64,000 nucleotides of DNA from Eledone cirrhosa (lineage: Eukaryota), in NCBI GenBank assembly GCA_964016885.1, contig OZ024766.1, positions 2,046,001 to 2,110,000 on the forward strand. Direction: 5' to 3'. The notes below the pieces were generated by a model, which worked only from the letters and a program-made list of their open reading frames with translations, ran no database searches and was not told where the DNA came from. Position numbers and translations under genes: made by a program. Shown here piece by piece: positions 59,204 through 64,000 of the stretch; the stretch's first letter is position 1, and every line of letters starts with the position of its first letter.

Positions 59204-60200
59204 ATATGTTGTCTGGTGTACCAGCTGCAATAAGAGACAGTAGAAGGGAGCTCGACTCTGGTATAGAGCACATCAAGTGTCTGTTCAGGTGAGGGTGGAA
59301 TAGCGGTAGATTTGAATTTAAAACGTTTCTGGTTCTTTGAGAAAAGACTCCACATGTACTGCGAATATATACATATATCCTGTTGATAAGCACAGAAGAT
59401 TTGGATATTTCACTCTTTTATTTCTATTCCATTTCGATTCTCTTTATTTTTCAATTCACATTCCACCGTTGCGAAACTTATTTAGGTTTCGAGGTTCAAA
59501 TTCGTCTACAGAACAGGTTTGAATTTTGAAATTTAAATCTGTCCAGGAATCATGGTCGTTGCCAATATAAGCTTGTCTTTATTGACTTGTATCGAGACAG
59601 ACAAATTGTATTCACTTTAATTAGTTTATTTCATTAATAGCTAACTTTGTCTGTTGCAATATAAACACATTTCGTGTTTATCATATATTTTAAATGTATT
59701 TAACTGCTCGGAAGAGCCCCTTCCTGGAGCTTAATTATTGTAAACGACTGAGAGTTTATTCTCAAAATATAATATAACATATATATATATAGGTATGTAT
59801 GTATATATATTTCGGCGAGTAGAAAAAGCGAAACGAAACGCAAATTATATATATATATATATATATATTGGCTTTTTGCTACAATGTTTTCTCTACCTTT
59901 CATTTATATATATACGTGGGAAAGTGAAAAATCGGAGAATAGACCGTTAAAACATGTTTATTTAAAATATCACCTACGTACGCTCTGCTAACACTCTAGC
60001 CCACTAAATATTAACACTTCGAATATTTAATACTGCCGGCACTAGTATCGAGCACCTTTGGCATACGCTACTTGGCAAATAACTATATGTATCACCTATC
60101 CCTCCTTTTTCTCTCTTTCTCGATACGTAAATACTATATATATATAATTTGCGTTTCGTTTCGCTTTTTCTACTCGCCGAAATTATATTTATATATATAT

Positions 60201-60513
60201 AGGAAAAAGTATGACCCCGACGGCTTGAGTTCTGTCAGCCGTCGGGGCCATACTTTTTCCTATTACCCACTCTACTACCCTAAGTATTGAGTACTTTGGT
60301 GCGTTATGGTCCATCTGGTTCCTTACCACACTTCCTTCGTTATATATATATATATATATATAACGAAGGAAAAGTGGTAAGGAAGCAGTCAAGTCAAAGT
60401 GGTAAGGAAGCACCAAAGTACTCAATACTTAGGGTAGTAGAGTGGGTAATAGGAACGAGTAGGACCCCAACGAAACAGCTTGAGCTCAGCCGTCGGGGTC
60501 CTACTCGTTCCTA
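60201..60513. mobile_element. Two family B fold-back elements, tail-to-tail across a (TA)n tract
   Basis: 60201-60341 and 60362-60513 in opposite orientation. Confidence 0.78.
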
Positions 60514-61137
60514 TATATATATGTATATGTATATATACATATAAGAAGAGTGACATAGTTCGCTATACAATAAAGGCTTTATTCACACTGCCGGCAATTG
60601 TTTCTTTGATCTGGCAGGTCTGGAGGTCGCTCTCCAGTACTTTGTTTATAACCAGTCGTTTTAATCAGAGCACACGAAAATCTATATATAGATGTATGTA
60701 TATGTGTATATATATATATATATGTATGTATGTATATGTGTATATATATATGTATGTATGGAGGAAATTGTAGTTTACTTGAAACATTGCGTAGTTAGGT
60801 ATAAATGTTTGGAGTTAGAAGGCCAAGACAATACAGGTATGGATATAGAATATAAATACAAATGCAAAAGATATTGTTGACAAATAGTCTTTTACCTTAA
60901 ACTTATTCGAATATCCTTAATTTTCGAGATAATATCTCTTCTTCGGAGGGAAGTAAAGGGGTTAATCCAGTGTTCTTAATTAGCTTGCCAAGTCATGCTG
61001 ACAGGAAATAGTATAGAAATTCCATTCTATTTCTAATGTCAAAGAGTGAAGGTTAGGTGGATAGAGGGTTGTCTTCCTTTAAAAAGGCGTTTGGGAGAAC
61101 ACGTGACGGTGTAACCATGCGTGTGTGAAAGGACATG

Positions 61138-61468
61138 TCATCGTCATTTACGTCCGCTTTTTCCCTGCTTGCAAGGGTGGGACGGGAACTGATTCTGGCT
61201 TGATTTCTACAGCTGGATGCCCTTCCTAACACCAACCTCATTTACAGTGAGTGCTGGGTGCTTTTTTGCGTGGCACCTCCACGACCACTTTGCAGTGGAA
61301 TGATAGGGACCCCAGTCCCTATCATCTCAGTTCTACAGCTGAGTAAACTGGAGCAATGTGAAATAAAGTGTCTTGCTCAAGGAAACAACACATCACCTGG
61401 TCTGAGAATTGAACTCACAACCTTTCGATTGCAAGGCCAATGCTCTAACCACTAAGCCATGTGCCTCC
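61138..61468 (-). mobile_element. SINE family 1, full length, nested in the PLE 3' region
   Basis: Sequence similarity; lies between the GIY-YIG ORF end and the terminal repeat. Confidence 0.9.
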
Positions 61469-61472
61469 ATGT

Positions 61473-62275
61473 TTATATGTAAATTGTAAATGTGGGGGCT
61501 TTATTGATTGTTGGTTGTGTTTTGTCTATAAGTGCTTCTTTAATTCTAAGATTGCCGAGGTTTCTTTCCTTAGCTTCTATCCTAACTATTATGTTTTTGC
61601 ATTTCACTAGATATTTCTTAAATGAGGAAGCGTTAGTATTGAGGTGTTCTTTTATTCTAATGTGAAGCGGCCTGGTGGTGCTACCCATGTAGAAATTGCT
61701 GCATTTGTCGCACTCTAATCTGCATACGACGTAAGCCTGGTGGCATAGGTCTGTGTCGTCGATGGGGCAGTTGGCTAGACTGCAGCGGTTGTCATGTGTA
61801 GTGGAGTGTCTTTTGGTTAGCTGTCCGCGTAGAGAAGGCCCTGAGCGGGCTAGCTGGATATCTAGTCCCTCTCGTCTGATAGCTCTGCGGATGGCCGTTG
61901 TTGTTTCGTCACTGAAGTGTGGGAGCTTCAGGAAGCAGGTGTTAGTGCCTCGGGTGTGGTGTCCTCTGTTGTTTCTGGCATGGCTCACGGTGGACCTCGG
62001 GTATCCGTTAGGCTTAAGTACTTCCAGGAAGTATGTGGTATGTGCGTCTCGGCCTCTTGCGTTGGTGCATTTGTTCCAGTTACGTGTTAGTTCCTTCTTT
62101 ATGTATCCGAACTTAGCGCTGGCTGCTTTTTTTTATAGAAGCAGGTGTGGATGTCGCCTGCCTCTGTTACCCTGAGCTGGAAGTCTAATAGGGATCCGTG
62201 TATTCCCTGCTGGAGAATGCCATGTATATTTTATCCGCTTCTTCACGGGATGAGTATGTCATCTACATATCGGGT
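61473..62275 (-). pseudogene. PLE RT-thumb/GIY-YIG coding remnant (frameshifted)
   Basis: Motifs as above; a stop and frameshifts follow RYVDDI. Confidence 0.85.
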
Positions 62276-62737
62276 TAGAACACTGGATTAACCCCTTTAC
62301 TTCCCTCCAAAGAGATATCTCGAAAATTAAGGATATTTAAATAAATTTAAGGTAAAAGACTAATTGTCAGCAATATCTTTTGCATTTGTATTTATATTCT
62401 ATGTCCATACCTGCATTGTTTTGGCCTTCTAACTCTAAACGTTTATATATATGTGTGCATGTGTATATATATATACACATACATACATCACCTAGCCACT
62501 GTGTACAAACAGTCTCTTTTTAGTAACAACTAACTATTACTCCTACCACCACTACTACTACTATCACCTGTTCTATAATTAAGTGTCCAGTTAACAATCA
62601 AAGAAATGACCTCAATGAACTTGTCCCCACCACCACCAGCCCACCCCACCCCAACACGTGTCCACTACTGTATATTATACATCTGCCCCACTCAATTCCC
62701 CCCCCCCCTCACCCAACCATATATATATATATATATA

Positions 62738-62900
62738 TAAGAACCAGTAAGACCCCGACAGCTGAGCTCAAGCCGTTTCGACGGAGTCCAGAATTAGCCG
62801 TCGGGGTCTTACTGGTTCTTATTACCCACTCTACTACCTCAAGTATTGAGTACTTTGGTGCGTTATGGTCCACCTGGTTCCTTACCACATTTCCTTCGTT
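62738..62900. mobile_element. Family B fold-back element
   Basis: Both arms share the private variant AAGAACCAGTAAGACCCC / GGGGTCTTACTGGTTCTT. Confidence 0.8.
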
Positions 62901-63097
62901 ATATATATATATATATATACAATATTAAATAAATGGAAACTATATTTAAAACCATATTTATTCTATTATATATATTTCAAGGGTACCAAAACTTTGGCAC
63001 GCCCTCATCAGATAAAGTTAGTTTTATAAATAGTGACATACCCAGGAATCAGACCTTAATGGTTCAAGTTCTGTTTATATATATATGTATGTGTCTG

Positions 63098-63135
<38 letters not shown>

Positions 63136-63370
63136 TTTTAAACACCTCTCCTACCCAAACTTTACTGCTGTTTTCTTCTACATACAGTGTACCTAGATAA
63201 TTACACCTGAAACATGACCCTGTTCTTACCTGGAGTTGTATTTATTAATTGTTCCAACTAGAGACACTTCAACCACCACCAGTCTGAGCAACCAGTTACA
63301 CCAGAAAGAGCTAGAGAATTCTGGCTGGTTTTAACATTAACCCTTAAGCATTCACATTATTTTATATATC

Positions 63371-63658
63371 TGGAGGCACATGGCTTAGTGGTTAGAGCAT
63401 TGGCCTTGCAATCGAAAGGTTGTGAGTTCAATTCTCAGACCGGGTGATGTGTTGTTTCCTTGAGCAAGACACTTTATTCCACTTTGCTCCAGTTTACTCA
63501 GCTGTAGAAATGAGATGATAGGGACTGGGGTCCCTATCATTCCACTGCAATGTGGAATAAAGTGTCTTGCTCAAGGAAACAACACATCACTCGGTCTGAG
63601 AATTGAACTCACAATCTTGATTGCAAGGCCAATGCTCTAACCACTAAGCCATGTGCCT

Positions 63659-63660
<2 letters not shown>
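63371..63660. mobile_element. Palindrome of two SINE family 1 heads
   Basis: 63371-63550 forward, 63547-63660 inverted. Confidence 0.85.
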
Positions 63661-63699
<39 letters not shown>

Positions 63700-63716
63700 C
63701 ACACATATATATCAAG

Positions 63717-63843
63717 TTTAATATAGAAATGTTTTATTCAAAAGAATTCATCTGGAAATATTTCCTGATGATTTCTTTTGAACGAATCAAAACAGTTCTA
63801 GTCCTGTAGAAGCCATTTCTATATTAAATATTTATACTCTGCT
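63717..63843. mobile_element. Family A fold-back element, degenerate HHR
   Basis: TTCAAAAGAATTCATCTGGAAA-TA-TTTCCTGATGATTTCTTTTGAA, then CAGTTCTAGTCCTGTAGAAGCC. Confidence 0.7.
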
Positions 63844-64000
63844 ATGTATTGAGTACCTTACTGTGGTTACAATACATCTCTCATAATATCAAATCTATGA
63901 GATTTCGATATTATATATTTTGAGGAAAATGCCATAACAAAGTATGAGCAACTGGTTATGGCCAGTTTAAATGCTAAAAGGTTAAGTAGTATTTGCAATG

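Larger units (their letters stand above)
60759..62447 (-). mobile_element. 5'-truncated Penelope-like retroelement (degenerate RT plus GIY-YIG endonuclease) with inverted terminal repeat
   Basis: RYVDDI at 62255-62272, SLLDF, FYKK, NGYP, then ORF 61473-61988 with C..NC....C linker and VVCRLECDKCSNFYMGSTTRPLHIRIKEH; inverted repeat 60800-60976 / 62277-62447 with HHR motif at 60915-60949. Confidence 0.88.

Noticed and set aside
63222-63315. Possible host exon on the minus strand (CAG|GTAAGA donor at ~63229, frame SFWCNWLLRLVVVEV); other micro-exon-like signals at 18918-18940, 26460-26500 and 43074-43089
   Set aside because: Isolated splice-like motifs on inconsistent strands with no recognisable protein; RNA-seq would be needed

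Overview
Repeat-saturated eukaryotic non-coding DNA. The repeat content looks cephalopod/Octopus-like, which is an inference from the SINE types and microsatellite load. I cannot support any host gene. Nearly all supplied ORFs are translations of (TA)n, (CA)n, (CCA)n or (GA)n microsatellites or of minisatellites. The real content is retroelement debris: a 5'-truncated Penelope-like element (PLE; RT YVDD motif plus GIY-YIG domain, 60759-62447), CR1-, RTE- and Tx1/L1-type LINE fragments, about 15 tRNA-head SINE copies sharing an RTE 3' tail, a probable non-autonomous Helitron, and many minisatellites amplified from TE fragments. The most notable hidden layer is at least seven sequence-distinct families of short (80-450 bp) elements lying in (TA)n tracts that carry minimal type I hammerhead ribozyme (HHR) motifs with covarying stems. 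Many copies are fold-back palindromes whose turning point lies in or near the ribozyme and whose short arm ends at an internal TAT(A). One family is the terminal repeat of the coding PLE in this window. All structures were read by eye; no folding or homology searches were run.
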